Below, in pieces: positions 42,089-51,522 of a stretch of 64,000 bases of DNA (positions within the stretch are counted from its first letter, which is position 1; every line of letters starts with the position of its first letter). Position numbers and translations under genes: made by a program. The notes beneath the pieces are model-generated. The model was not told the origin of the DNA. It worked only from the letters and a program-made list of their open reading frames with translations, and did not search any database. The stretch is from assembly GCA_016871195.1 (NCBI GenBank), contig VFZN01000006.1, forward strand, positions 81,489-145,488, given 5' to 3'. This stretch comes from Acidobacteriota bacterium (GTDB lineage Bacteria; Acidobacteriota; Vicinamibacteria; Vicinamibacterales; UBA2999).

Positions 42089-42541
42089 CTAGGACGTGGT
42101 GACCGGCGGCAGATGGATGAGGTAGTTCACGCCGCGGCGGTTGATCCAGACGCGCAGGTAATCGTCGCCCTTCAGCATTTCCACACGCGATTCGCCGGCG
42201 GCGGGCTTGGCACCCTTGGCTCCTGAGTTGAGATCCTTCACCTCAGCCTGCGGGACAATGCTGACGACCTCGCGGCCCGCCACTTTCCCTCCACGCAGGA
42301 ACTCGACCCAGCGTTCCATCTGGATGCCGGGTACTGCCGGTTGCGCCGTGTCAGCGGTCAGCCGCACCGTGTAGGTGCCGGCCTTGAGCACTTCGCCGTT
42401 GGCTTTCACTGATCGGGGCAGGGTGACCGATCCCAGCGTGGTGGCACCGGTCGGCACCTGGCCCGAGGGGACAGACTGCGCGGCCACCGAGATGGACATG
42501 CACGCGGCAAGTGCGGTTCCTACCAGCCGTCGAAAGGTCAT
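42089..42541 (-). CDS. Small secreted protein of unknown function
   Basis: Signal peptide MTFRRLVGTALAACMSISVAAQ. GGAGG SD. GCTATACT box at 42569-42562. Confidence 0.7.
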   Translation of the reverse strand: MTFRRLVGTALAACMSISVAAQSVPSGQVPTGATTLGSVTLPRSVKANGEVLKAGTYTVRLTADTAQPAVPGIQMERWVEFLRGGKVAGREVVSIVPQAEVKDLNSGAKGAKPAAGESRVEMLKGDDYLRVWINRRGVNYLIHLPPVTTS

Positions 42542-42601
42542 CGGTCTAGCCTCCGTCTTTCAGTATAGCAAGTTCAGTGGCGGGGGTGGCACTGCGGGCT
42601 T

Positions 42602-43243
42602 TCACCGGCCGATGCTGAGCTTGACACGCAGGCTCGAGCCGCCGAGGTCGGTCTCGTTGAAGAATGCCGAGGCACCGTCGGTGCCGAGGGCGTCAGGAAT
42701 GCGCGTCCAGACATACTCGCCGCCGAGGCCGAGCCAGCGGGTGATGCGCAGGTCGACTCCCCCCAGCAGGTGATAGCCAGAGTAGCGCTCGTTGATGTTC
42801 TCGCCGGGAGCGGCGAAGTCGGCCGTTTCCTCGTACCGATAGGACGACCACCCGCCGCCAACATAGGGAACGATGCGGCGCGACAGTTGCCGGAAGCGCC
42901 AGCCGGCGGTGACATCGATCGGGGACACCGTCACCTGTGTGGGAATGCCGAGCGTGAATACGCGGCTGCTCGTCACGAACACGCGCGAGCCATCCGCCCT
43001 GTATCGGGATCCGCCGACTCCGACAAACAGACCGCCCAGGGGCAGGCCCACTTCGACGCCTCCGCCGAGCAGGCGACCGCTGTCGTTGCCGACGACACTT
43101 TCGAAGGAGTCTGATGCGGTGAAGGTGATGGAGCCGATCATTCCGTAGCCCCTCACGTCGATGCCCTGACCCGCGGCGGATGCGGGCAGCAGGGCCGCGA
43201 GCAGTGGCAAGAGGGCCACTCGAACCAGTGTACGGACGGTCAT
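42602..43243 (-). CDS. Outer-membrane beta-barrel protein (small porin/OmpW-like class)
   Basis: Signal peptide. Alternating amphipathic beta-strands rich in G/Y/R. GAGGAA SD. Confidence 0.65.
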   Translation of the reverse strand: MTVRTLVRVALLPLLAALLPASAAGQGIDVRGYGMIGSITFTASDSFESVVGNDSGRLLGGGVEVGLPLGGLFVGVGGSRYRADGSRVFVTSSRVFTLGIPTQVTVSPIDVTAGWRFRQLSRRIVPYVGGGWSSYRYEETADFAAPGENINERYSGYHLLGGVDLRITRWLGLGGEYVWTRIPDALGTDGASAFFNETDLGGSSLRVKLSIGR

Positions 43244-43256
43244 GGAAGCGTTCCTC

Positions 43257-44831
43257 TCAGCGGGCCAGTCCGAGGCCGCGCAGCGTGGCCCGGGGGTTGA
43301 TCATGCCGACACCGTACTCGTCATCCCGCCCTGCAGGGCCTTTGTCGGTGGCGAACTTTTTCATGGCCTCCTCGATGGCGTCGGGGCTGGTGATGCCCTG
43401 CTGGAACAGCAGCGCCGCGAGGCCGGCGACGTGCGGTGTCGCCATCGACGTGCCCTGGAAGTAGTAGTAGGCAAAGGAATCGGCGCGCGGCGGGCCGAAC
43501 TGCGCGACCGGCCTTCTGAAGGTCTGCAGCAGGTCGAGGTCGAACGTCTGCTGGATGACGCCGCCGGTGGAATCTGCCCGCAGGTCGCCTCCCGGGGCGG
43601 TGAGTTCGACGGCCGGCGAGGTGACCGAGTAGTAGGCGCCGGCCAGCGACTTGCCGACGGCCGACACGGTGACAGCCCCTGACAGGGTGGGGCTGACATT
43701 CCCCAGAATATTGGGCAGATTGCCACGCTCCCGCGAGTTGCCGGCCGCGATGGCCACGAAGGCGCCGCGACCGACGGCGTACCGGACGGCGGCGTCAACC
43801 ACCGGGGCAGGCCCGCCCTGCTCCCGGCCGAGGCTCAGGTTGATCACCTTCGCATTGTTGTCGGCGGCGTAGCGGATGCCCTGCGCGACGATGTCATCGG
43901 TGCCGCCATTGGGCGCGCCGAAGATGAAGTCCCATTCTCCGGCGATCACCTTGACCGGCATGATCTTCACGTTGAAGGCCATGCCCGCGACCCCGATGCC
44001 GTTGTTGGTGAGCTGACCGACGGTGCCGGCGACGTGCGTCCCGTGCCCGTCCATGTCGAGGGGCTCATCGTCTCCCCAGATGAAATCGCGAGGCGTCACA
44101 TAGCGGTCGCGGGCGCCCAGTTCCGGAGCGGCAGCAAACGGGATGTCGACCTGTCCGAGTGCGGGATAGACCGGACCTCCCGCCACCAGGCGGAACGGAA
44201 AGCGCGAGTTGAAACGGTAGGTGCCCGACCGGAATGCGACACCCGTGTCGATGACCGCCACGATGACGTTGGAGGTGGCGCCCGGCTGGATGTCCCAGGC
44301 GCGTTCCATGTCGAGGGCGGTCATGTTCCACTGAAGGTTGTAGAACGGGTCATTCGGCCGATACATCTGATGATTGAGGTATCGCGGCTGGGCGTACTCG
44401 ACGTCGTCGCGCTCCGCCATCAGGGCAGCGGCAGCCTCGACGTCGGTGGTGACGGGAATGTGCAGGATGTCCCAGTCGGTGAATTCGCGCCGTTCGATGC
44501 GGGTTCCACCGAGCCGGGCCAGGGCCTCGCGGCCTGCCTCCTCGCGGTCCACCTCGCGGCGGAACTTCACGATGATGGAACCCTCAAGTGCGTCGCCACG
44601 CTGCGGCTCTGAGCGGTCGCCGTCGATCAGCGGAAGACTGACAGGGTCACCCGGATCGGCCAGCGTGTCCTGCAGCCGGAGCCCACGATCGATGGCGGGC
44701 AGCGCGGCGTCGGTGATCATGACGCGCGCGTCCCCTTGGTCGACAGGCTCCTGTCCGGTGAGGGAGGTGACCGCCAGGGCAGCGGCGATTAGCAGTATTC
44801 CCGGGAGCAGGCGTTTAGTCTTCAGGGACAT
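43257..44831 (-). CDS. Secreted S8-family (subtilisin-like) serine peptidase with I9-like propeptide
   Basis: ATG at 44831; signal peptide. Catalytic triad contexts AVIDTGV, HGTHVAGT, GTSMATPHVAG. Confidence 0.9.
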   Translation of the reverse strand: MSLKTKRLLPGILLIAAALAVTSLTGQEPVDQGDARVMITDAALPAIDRGLRLQDTLADPGDPVSLPLIDGDRSEPQRGDALEGSIIVKFRREVDREEAGREALARLGGTRIERREFTDWDILHIPVTTDVEAAAALMAERDDVEYAQPRYLNHQMYRPNDPFYNLQWNMTALDMERAWDIQPGATSNVIVAVIDTGVAFRSGTYRFNSRFPFRLVAGGPVYPALGQVDIPFAAAPELGARDRYVTPRDFIWGDDEPLDMDGHGTHVAGTVGQLTNNGIGVAGMAFNVKIMPVKVIAGEWDFIFGAPNGGTDDIVAQGIRYAADNNAKVINLSLGREQGGPAPVVDAAVRYAVGRGAFVAIAAGNSRERGNLPNILGNVSPTLSGAVTVSAVGKSLAGAYYSVTSPAVELTAPGGDLRADSTGGVIQQTFDLDLLQTFRRPVAQFGPPRADSFAYYYFQGTSMATPHVAGLAALLFQQGITSPDAIEEAMKKFATDKGPAGRDDEYGVGMINPRATLRGLGLAR

Positions 44832-44874
44832 CGGTGACCTCTGCTGAGAGCGTAGCGTAATGCAGGGGCGGCTG

Positions 44875-46524
44875 TCAGGGCACAAACACCTGACGTTGCG
44901 GGCGACCGTCACTGCCGGGCATAGGCAGGCCGATGCGGTCGGCCAGAGTCGGCGCCAGATCGGCCGGCGAGGCTGCGTCCCGATAGCGGCCCGCCTTGAC
45001 GCCTGCACCGAAGAAGATCATCGGCACGTGCTGGTCGTAGGCGTGATGGGTGCCGTGGGTGGTGGCGTCGGGATTCGGGTCGCTGGCAATGTAGTGCGCC
45101 CTGGTGACGACGACCAGCTGACCACTGCGCCCGGTGACATGGCTGAGCGCCGCCGCACGCACAATCGGATCGGCTGACTGGCGCTGCTGCTCGAGGCCCG
45201 CTGACGGCAGCACACGCTCGATGCCGGTCATGGCCGCGACGGCCGCGATGGCCGGGTCGAGCAGCGCCGGGCTGGTGGCCACTCGTGATTGGGCCTCGGC
45301 CGACAGGTAGACCTGTGCGCCGTCCATGCGTACGGCATGACGGCCCGGGCCGAGCGCCGGTGTCAGCGCACGCGTGATCGCCTCGAGCACGGCGCGCTTG
45401 TCGACACGTCCGCCCTCGAGACCCGCGAGTGCGCGCGATTCGGGAATGGGGGCGACGCCGTGGTCGGCCGTGAGGCCGAGCACATACCCACCGGGGCCTA
45501 CGGTGTCGTCGAGCGTCCGCAGCAGCTGCCCGAGTGTCTTGTCGAGCCTGAGCAGCGTGTCCTGCACCTCATGACTGTCGGGACCGAACTTGTGTCCGAC
45601 GTAATCGAGCGCGGCAAAGCTGACGCCGAGGTAATCGGTATGGCCGTTCTTCCCGAGCCTGAGCTCGCGCACCAGGGTGGCGGCGAGGCCCGCCAGGGCT
45701 TCGTCGGCGTACGGGCTGTTTTCCCACAGCGCAGTGAACTCGCGCTCGGCGGTGCCGGGGGCGCCGCTCAGCGGATGGGGAAAGGTGCTGGTCCAGCCGC
45801 GGGGCGGCGTTTCACCGATGGCGCCGTCTTCGCCGGTGTACGACGTGCGGTCGGCCGAGCGATTCCAGACTTCACCGCGCAGGGCGCTGCGGGGATGTTC
45901 GGCGAGATACCGGCTGACTGGCGAGTAACGCCCGTCGACGTAGGCCGTGGATGTCGCCCACACGTTGCGCTCGTCAAGCCACGTGACCAGGCCGCCCTTG
46001 CCCGCGAGCATGATGGCGCTGCGCGGCTTGGTCGACAGGGTGACGACCCGCGACTCGGGGTCGTGTGCGCGCAGGCGATCGCCGAGCGTGGGCACGAGCA
46101 GCTGCACGGCACTGTGCCCGTCACGGTCGGCGCCGGGTTCATAGGCCACAGGAGAAACGCTCGGGTCTTCCGTGCAGGGAGCACTGCGGGTGCCTCGCCA
46201 CCAGGCGTTGGCAATAATGCCGTGGGTCGACGGAAACGTCCCGGTGCCCACGGTGGCGTGTCCGGCGCAGGTGACCGTCTGCAGATACGGATAGAAGGTC
46301 TGCTCCATGACTGCCCCGTCGCGGGTCAGCCGGGCCAGCCCGTCGTTCCACCGGTCGCGCATGGCGGCCAGATAGTCGGCACGCATCTGATCGACCACCA
46401 CGATGACGACGAGGGACGGTTGCGGCGCGGCCGGTCGGGGTGTGACCGGCGCCTGCGACCCGGCCTGCACCGACTGTGTGCAGGCGATCAGCAGGCCGGC
46501 GAGCAGAGGACGCATCAGCGGCAT
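44875..46524 (-). CDS. Alkaline-phosphatase-superfamily enzyme (nucleotide pyrophosphatase/phosphodiesterase-like), secreted
   Basis: Signal peptide. VVVDQMRADYL metal-site motif, TGTFPSTHGI, DHG and THG motifs. Confidence 0.8.
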   Translation of the reverse strand: MPLMRPLLAGLLIACTQSVQAGSQAPVTPRPAAPQPSLVVIVVVDQMRADYLAAMRDRWNDGLARLTRDGAVMEQTFYPYLQTVTCAGHATVGTGTFPSTHGIIANAWWRGTRSAPCTEDPSVSPVAYEPGADRDGHSAVQLLVPTLGDRLRAHDPESRVVTLSTKPRSAIMLAGKGGLVTWLDERNVWATSTAYVDGRYSPVSRYLAEHPRSALRGEVWNRSADRTSYTGEDGAIGETPPRGWTSTFPHPLSGAPGTAEREFTALWENSPYADEALAGLAATLVRELRLGKNGHTDYLGVSFAALDYVGHKFGPDSHEVQDTLLRLDKTLGQLLRTLDDTVGPGGYVLGLTADHGVAPIPESRALAGLEGGRVDKRAVLEAITRALTPALGPGRHAVRMDGAQVYLSAEAQSRVATSPALLDPAIAAVAAMTGIERVLPSAGLEQQRQSADPIVRAAALSHVTGRSGQLVVVTRAHYIASDPNPDATTHGTHHAYDQHVPMIFFGAGVKAGRYRDAASPADLAPTLADRIGLPMPGSDGRPQRQVFVP

Positions 46525-46599
46525 CCGCTCATGATGCCACGACCGGCACAGCAGGCCGTGCAGGACCGCGCAGCGCGTGGGCTATACTGCGCCCGCCCC

Positions 46600-47907
46600 A
46601 TGTACGCCGTCGACATCATCGGCCAGAAGCGCGACGGCGGCGAACTGTCCCCGGCCGCGTTCGCCGCATTCATCGACGGGGCCGTCTCGGGAAGATGGAC
46701 GCCGGCCCAGGTGGCGGCGCTGCTGATGGCGATACGCCTGCGCGGCATGAGCGCCGGAGAAACTACGGACCTGACCGGGGCCATGCTGGCCTCGGGCGTT
46801 CGAGTCGACCTGGCGGCTTTGCCTGGCCCGAAGGTGGGCAAGCACAGCACGGGCGGCGTCGGTGACAAAGTGTCTCTGGTGCTCGCGCCACTGGTGGCTG
46901 CCTGCGGCGTGACCGTGCCCAAGATGTCGGGCCGAGGGCTCGGCCACACCGGCGGCACGCTCGACAAGCTTGAGTCGATTCCCGGATTCCAGACCGCGCT
47001 GAGCCTTGACGCGTTCCGGATGGCCCTGGCTGAACACGGCTGCGCCATCATCAGCCAGACGTCACGCATCGCTCCGGCCGATCGGGTGTTGTATGCCCTG
47101 CGTGACGAGACGGGCACGATCGACAGCGTACCGCTCATCACGGCGTCGATTCTCAGCAAGAAGCTGGCGGAAGGCAGTCAGGCGCTCGTGCTCGACGTGA
47201 AGTGCGGGCGCGGGGCCTTCATGAAGACGCCCGCGCAGGCGCGGGTGCTGGCCCGGTCACTGGTGGACGTGGGATGCGCCCACGGTGTCGAGACCGAGGC
47301 GGTCATTACCCGCATGGATGATCCGCTCGGCCGGGCGGTCGGCAATGCGCTCGAGGTCCGCGAAGCGCTGGACCTGCTCCGTGGCGAGGGGCCGGCATCA
47401 TTGCGCCTGCTGACGGTGACGTTGGCGGCACGCATGCTGGTGGCGGCGCGCGTGGTACCGGACGAGGCGGCCGGTATTGAGCATGCCGATCGTGCCCTGC
47501 GATCGGGGGCCGCGCTCGAGCGGTTCCGGCGGCTGGTGGCCGGGCAGGGCGGACGCCTCGGCCTGGACGATGACGCATCGACACTGCCGGTGGCCGAGGT
47601 CGAGACAGCCGTGTGTGCACCGCGGTCCGGTGTGGTGGCCGGGATCGATGCCGAACAGATCGGGCGCGCGGCGCTGCTGCTGGGGGCCGGTCGGCTGGCA
47701 CGCGGGGCCGCCCTTGATCCGGCGGCCGGCGTCGTGCTGGGCGTTGAGCGCGGTGATCGGGTCGTGCCCGGGCAGACGCTGGCGGTGCTGTACCATGCCG
47801 CGGCGATGCCCTCGGCCGACGCCGAGCGTCTGGTTCATGCCGCCGTTGAACTGGGTGATACCGCGCCGTCGGTGGAACCGTGGATCATGGAGCGAATCAC
47901 GAGATGA
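46600..47907 (+). CDS. deoA: Thymidine/pyrimidine-nucleoside phosphorylase
   Basis: ATG at 46600. 435 aa. KHSTGGVGDK and SGRGLGHTGGTLDKLE motifs. The upstream 437 ORF-track codons are antisense to the phosphatase gene. Confidence 0.92.
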   Translation: MYAVDIIGQKRDGGELSPAAFAAFIDGAVSGRWTPAQVAALLMAIRLRGMSAGETTDLTGAMLASGVRVDLAALPGPKVGKHSTGGVGDKVSLVLAPLVAACGVTVPKMSGRGLGHTGGTLDKLESIPGFQTALSLDAFRMALAEHGCAIISQTSRIAPADRVLYALRDETGTIDSVPLITASILSKKLAEGSQALVLDVKCGRGAFMKTPAQARVLARSLVDVGCAHGVETEAVITRMDDPLGRAVGNALEVREALDLLRGEGPASLRLLTVTLAARMLVAARVVPDEAAGIEHADRALRSGAALERFRRLVAGQGGRLGLDDDASTLPVAEVETAVCAPRSGVVAGIDAEQIGRAALLLGAGRLARGAALDPAAGVVLGVERGDRVVPGQTLAVLYHAAAMPSADAERLVHAAVELGDTAPSVEPWIMERITR

Positions 47908-49232
47908 GTGCAGCAGCAACGATGCGGGTGACTGCCTTTGCCGTGGCCGCGGTATGTGCGGCCCTGTCCTGGGTGCTGTCGGGAGTGCTGGGCGCGAGGG
48001 CGCAGACCGGCTTCGGGGCGCTGTGCCTCATTGCCGTCTGCGCCGGCTGCTCATCCGACTTGAAGGCGGTGCGATGGCGCACGATTCTGTGGGGCATGGC
48101 CCTGCAGCTGGGGCTGGCGCTGTTCATCCTGCGGTTCGAGATCGGCGGATGGCGTCCCGGCTATGCGCTGTTCAGCGGGGTGGCCCAGGTGGTGAAGCGC
48201 TTCCTCGAGTTCAGCAATCAGGGGGCACTCTTCGTGTTCGGTGCCCTGGCGAATCCTGGTGTGCTCGAGCCGGCGCTCGGTGCCGGCAACGGGTTTGTCT
48301 TTGCGTTCTCGGCGCTGCCAACCATCATCTTCATCTCGGCGTTCTTCACGGTGCTCTATCACTTCGGCATCCTGCAGTTTGTGGTGTGGGTGATGGCCCG
48401 CGCCATGATGTATGTGCTCGGCACCAGCGGTGCCGAAACCCTGTCGGCCGCGGCCAATGTCTTCATGGGCCAGACCGAGGCTCCGCTCATCGTCAAGCCG
48501 TATGTGCCCAGGATGACCCAGTCGGAACTGCTGGCACTGATGGTGGGGGGCATGGCAACGATTTCCGGTGGTGTGATGGCCGTCTACATCGGGATCGGCG
48601 CCGACCCCATTGCCATTCTCACTACGAGCGTGATGGCAGCCCCGTGCGGCCTGTATCTGTCGAAGCTGCTGCTGCCCGAGACGGAGTCGCCCGAGACCGG
48701 AGGCGCCATCGGACTCTCGGTCGAGCGGCAGCACGTCAACGCGATTGATGCGGCCTCGGCGGGTGCGGCCGACGGCCTGCAGCTGGCGCTCAATGTGGCG
48801 GCGATGCTCATCGCCTTCCTGGCCATCATTGCGCTCGTCGACGCCGTGCTCGGCACGGTCTCGACAGGCCTGACGCTGTCGACGGTCTTCTCGTGGGTGT
48901 TTGCGCCGGTGGCGTTCCTGATGGGGACGCCGGCGAAGGACATTCCCGCGATGGCCGATCTGCTCGGCACGAAACTGGTGGCCAACGAATTCGTTGCCTT
49001 TGTGAAACTGACGGGCACCTACAGCGCCACCATCGAACCGCAGACGCGCGTGCTGGCCACCTACGCGCTGACGGGCTTTGCGAATCTCGGGTCGATTGGC
49101 ATCCAGCTGGGTGGCATCGGGGCAATGGCGCCGTCGCGTCGTGGTGACCTGGCACGACTGGGCACACGCGCACTGCTGGCCGGCTTTCTCGCGACGCTGG
49201 TGAATGCGTGCGTCGCCAGCATGTTCCTGTGA
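47904..49232 (+). CDS. nupC: NupC/CNT-family concentrative nucleoside transporter
   Basis: ATGA overlap with deoA. Polytopic. Conserved GTKLVANEFVAF and GFANLGSIGI segments. Confidence 0.88.
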   Translation: MSAAATMRVTAFAVAAVCAALSWVLSGVLGARAQTGFGALCLIAVCAGCSSDLKAVRWRTILWGMALQLGLALFILRFEIGGWRPGYALFSGVAQVVKRFLEFSNQGALFVFGALANPGVLEPALGAGNGFVFAFSALPTIIFISAFFTVLYHFGILQFVVWVMARAMMYVLGTSGAETLSAAANVFMGQTEAPLIVKPYVPRMTQSELLALMVGGMATISGGVMAVYIGIGADPIAILTTSVMAAPCGLYLSKLLLPETESPETGGAIGLSVERQHVNAIDAASAGAADGLQLALNVAAMLIAFLAIIALVDAVLGTVSTGLTLSTVFSWVFAPVAFLMGTPAKDIPAMADLLGTKLVANEFVAFVKLTGTYSATIEPQTRVLATYALTGFANLGSIGIQLGGIGAMAPSRRGDLARLGTRALLAGFLATLVNACVASMFL

Positions 49233-49244
49233 GGAGGTGGAGCG

Positions 49245-50063
49245 GTGTCGCTGTTTGATCATGCCGTCGAAGCGGCCGAATTCCTGCGCGGCCGCGGATT
49301 TGTCGGCGCCGAAGCCGCCGTTGTTCTGGGCTCGGGGCTGGGTACATTTGCCGACGGCCTGTCGGATGCGTTCGCCGTGCCGTATGCCGATATTCCGCAT
49401 TGGCCGGCCTCAGGCATCATCGGCCACGCCGGTCGACTGGTCGGGGGACGGGTGCGCGGCCGCAGGGTCATGGCCCTGTCGGGGCGCGTGCACCTCTACG
49501 AAGGGCATCCGATGACGTCGGTCACCTTTGCGATGCGTGTGCTCGGTCGCCTCGGGGTGCCGGTCGTCATTCTTACCAACGCAGCCGGCGGCATCAACAC
49601 GCGCTTCGGACAAGGCGCGCTGATGCTGATTGACGACCACATCAACCTGATGGGCACCAATCCGCTGATCGGTCTCAACGATGAGCGGTTCGGGCCCCGG
49701 TTTCCGGACATGAGCGAGGTCTACTCGAGCCGCCTGCGCTCGATGGTCCGCGACGCGGCTGCGGCCGCCGGTGTCGCGCTCGAGCACGGGGTCTATCTGG
49801 GGGTGCACGGACCGAGCTTCGAAACGCCCGCGGAGATTCGCGCCTTCCGCGCTTGGGGTGCCGATGCCGTGGGTATGTCGACGGTGCCCGAGGCCATCGT
49901 GGCCCGGCACATGGGGCTCGAGGTGCTGGGCATCTCGTGCATCACCAATATGGCGGCCGGCGTGCTGCCGCAGACGCTGAATCACGAGGAAGTGATGGAG
50001 ACGGCGCGTCGTGTCGGGGCGGCGTTTGTCAGCCTGCTGGAGGGCACCGTTGAGCGCCTCTGA
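49245..50063 (+). CDS. punA: Purine nucleoside phosphorylase (trimeric PunA type)
   Basis: GAGGAGG SD. GHAGRLV, GRVHLYEG, NAAGG, GPSFETPAE, GADAVGMSTVPE, ITNMAAG. Confidence 0.9.
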   Translation: MSLFDHAVEAAEFLRGRGFVGAEAAVVLGSGLGTFADGLSDAFAVPYADIPHWPASGIIGHAGRLVGGRVRGRRVMALSGRVHLYEGHPMTSVTFAMRVLGRLGVPVVILTNAAGGINTRFGQGALMLIDDHINLMGTNPLIGLNDERFGPRFPDMSEVYSSRLRSMVRDAAAAAGVALEHGVYLGVHGPSFETPAEIRAFRAWGADAVGMSTVPEAIVARHMGLEVLGISCITNMAAGVLPQTLNHEEVMETARRVGAAFVSLLEGTVERL

Positions 50064-50451
50064 TCGGCTGGTGGAGGCGGCACGCGCCGCACGCGACCGT
50101 GCGGTGGCCCCCTACTCGCACTTCAAGGTCGGCGCAGCCCTGCAGACCACGGACGGCACGATCATCACCGGCTGCAACGTCGAGAACGCCAGCTACGGCC
50201 TGACGATCTGTGCCGAACGCGTGGCGGTGGTGAAGGCGCTCTCGGAAGGCCATCATGCCTTCACGCGCCTGGTGGTCGTGACCGACACCGAGGAGCCCAC
50301 CTCGCCGTGCGGGGCGTGCCGCCAGGTGCTGTGGGAATTTGCGCCCGACCTTGAGGTGGTGCTGGCGAATCTGCATCGCATCACGGCCGTGACCACCCTG
50401 CGCGATCTGCTGCCGCTGGCGTTCAACAGCCACCTCCTGCGCCGCCCGTAG
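50050..50451 (+). CDS. cdd: Cytidine deaminase
   Basis: TTG at 50050 preceded by GGAGGG gives about 133 aa. Zinc motifs CAERVA and PCGACRQ. The start is inferred. Confidence 0.88.
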   Translation: MSASDRLVEAARAARDRAVAPYSHFKVGAALQTTDGTIITGCNVENASYGLTICAERVAVVKALSEGHHAFTRLVVVTDTEEPTSPCGACRQVLWEFAPDLEVVLANLHRITAVTTLRDLLPLAFNSHLLRRP

Positions 50452-50466
50452 CCGGCTGATGCCGGT

Positions 50467-51522
50467 ATGATCGGGAGCATGCTTCCGACCATCGCCTGGG
50501 ACGGCGACGCGATCATCATGGTCGACCAGCGCAAGCTGCCGGTGACCGAAACCTATGTCACCTGCCGCACGGTGACCGAGGTGGCCAAAGCCATCCGCAC
50601 CATGGTGATTCGCGGTGCGCCGGCCATCGGGGTGTGTGCGGCCATGGGGCTGGCGCTGCAGGCGGCGCGCAGCACTGCCACGGGCACGCGGCAATTCGCC
50701 ACCGAGTTCCAGAAAGCCTGTGACCTGCTGGCCGCCACGCGGCCCACAGCCGTGAACCTGTTCTGGGCCATCGAACAGATGAAGCAGGCTCTGGCGCAGG
50801 GCGTGCACGCCGGCGAATCGGTCGAGCAGCTGCGCAATCGACTGCGACTTACCGCTGACCGCCTGCACGACGAGGATGTCGAGAGTTGCCGGGCGATTGG
50901 CCGCCATGGGGCCACGCTGGTGCCGACGCAGGCCCGCATCCTCACGCACTGCAACGCGGGTGCCCTGGCCACTGCGGGCTATGGTACGGCGCTCGGCGTG
51001 ATTCGCGGTGCCGTTGAGGCGGGGCATCGGGTGACGGTGCTGGCTGACGAAACGCGTCCCTTTCTGCAGGGCGCGCGCCTGACGGCGTGGGAACTCACCA
51101 GGGACGGCATCGACACGACGGTCATCACCGACAACATGGCAGCCGCCATGATGCAGGGCGGACTCGTCGAGCTCGTGGTGGTCGGTGCCGATCGCATCGC
51201 GGCCAACGGCGATGCGGCGAACAAGATCGGGACGTATGGCCTGGCGGTGCTGGCGCACGCGCACGGGTTGCCCTTTTATGTGGCGGCGCCGTGGTCGACG
51301 ATCGATCTGTCGACCCCGACCGGGGCGTCGATTCCGATCGAAGAACGACCGGCCCGCGAGGTGACGCACGTAGGGACGACGCAGGTCGTGCCCGATGCAG
51401 TGGCCGTGCGCAATCCGTCGTTCGACGTGACGCCGGCGCGCTACATCACGGCGATTGTCACCGACCGCGGCATCATCCGTCCGCCCTTTGCCCTCGACGC
51501 CCATGCACCTGCTCGCCATTGA
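50467..51522 (+). CDS. mtnA: S-methyl-5-thioribose-1-phosphate isomerase
   Basis: eIF-2B-like fold. IRGAPAIGV, THCNAGALAT, GTALGVIR, VGADRIAANGDAANKIGTY. Confidence 0.88.
   Translation: MIGSMLPTIAWDGDAIIMVDQRKLPVTETYVTCRTVTEVAKAIRTMVIRGAPAIGVCAAMGLALQAARSTATGTRQFATEFQKACDLLAATRPTAVNLFWAIEQMKQALAQGVHAGESVEQLRNRLRLTADRLHDEDVESCRAIGRHGATLVPTQARILTHCNAGALATAGYGTALGVIRGAVEAGHRVTVLADETRPFLQGARLTAWELTRDGIDTTVITDNMAAAMMQGGLVELVVVGADRIAANGDAANKIGTYGLAVLAHAHGLPFYVAAPWSTIDLSTPTGASIPIEERPAREVTHVGTTQVVPDAVAVRNPSFDVTPARYITAIVTDRGIIRPPFALDAHAPARH

Noticed and set aside
45289-46599. Long N-terminal extensions in the ORF track suggesting fusion proteins. Examples: the 872-aa 'deoA', the 905-aa VWA ORF from 21935, the 542-aa dehydratase ORF to 29658, the 608-aa rimO ORF to 15827, the 438-aa truB ORF to 8305, and the 333-aa TIM-barrel ORF to 17782.
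   Set aside because: The extensions overlap neighbouring real genes, on the same or the opposite strand, and are compositionally junk. Internal starts give canonical protein lengths and N-termini, often with an SD or a -10 box.
50467-51522. The MtnA-like gene as an archaeal-type ribose-1,5-bisphosphate isomerase paired with a DeoA-like AMP phosphorylase.
   Set aside because: Motifs (THCNAGALAT, GTALGVIR, GADRIAANGDAANKIGTY) are those of bona fide MtnA, deoA has the standard thymidine phosphorylase length and motifs, and no RuBisCO is present in the window.
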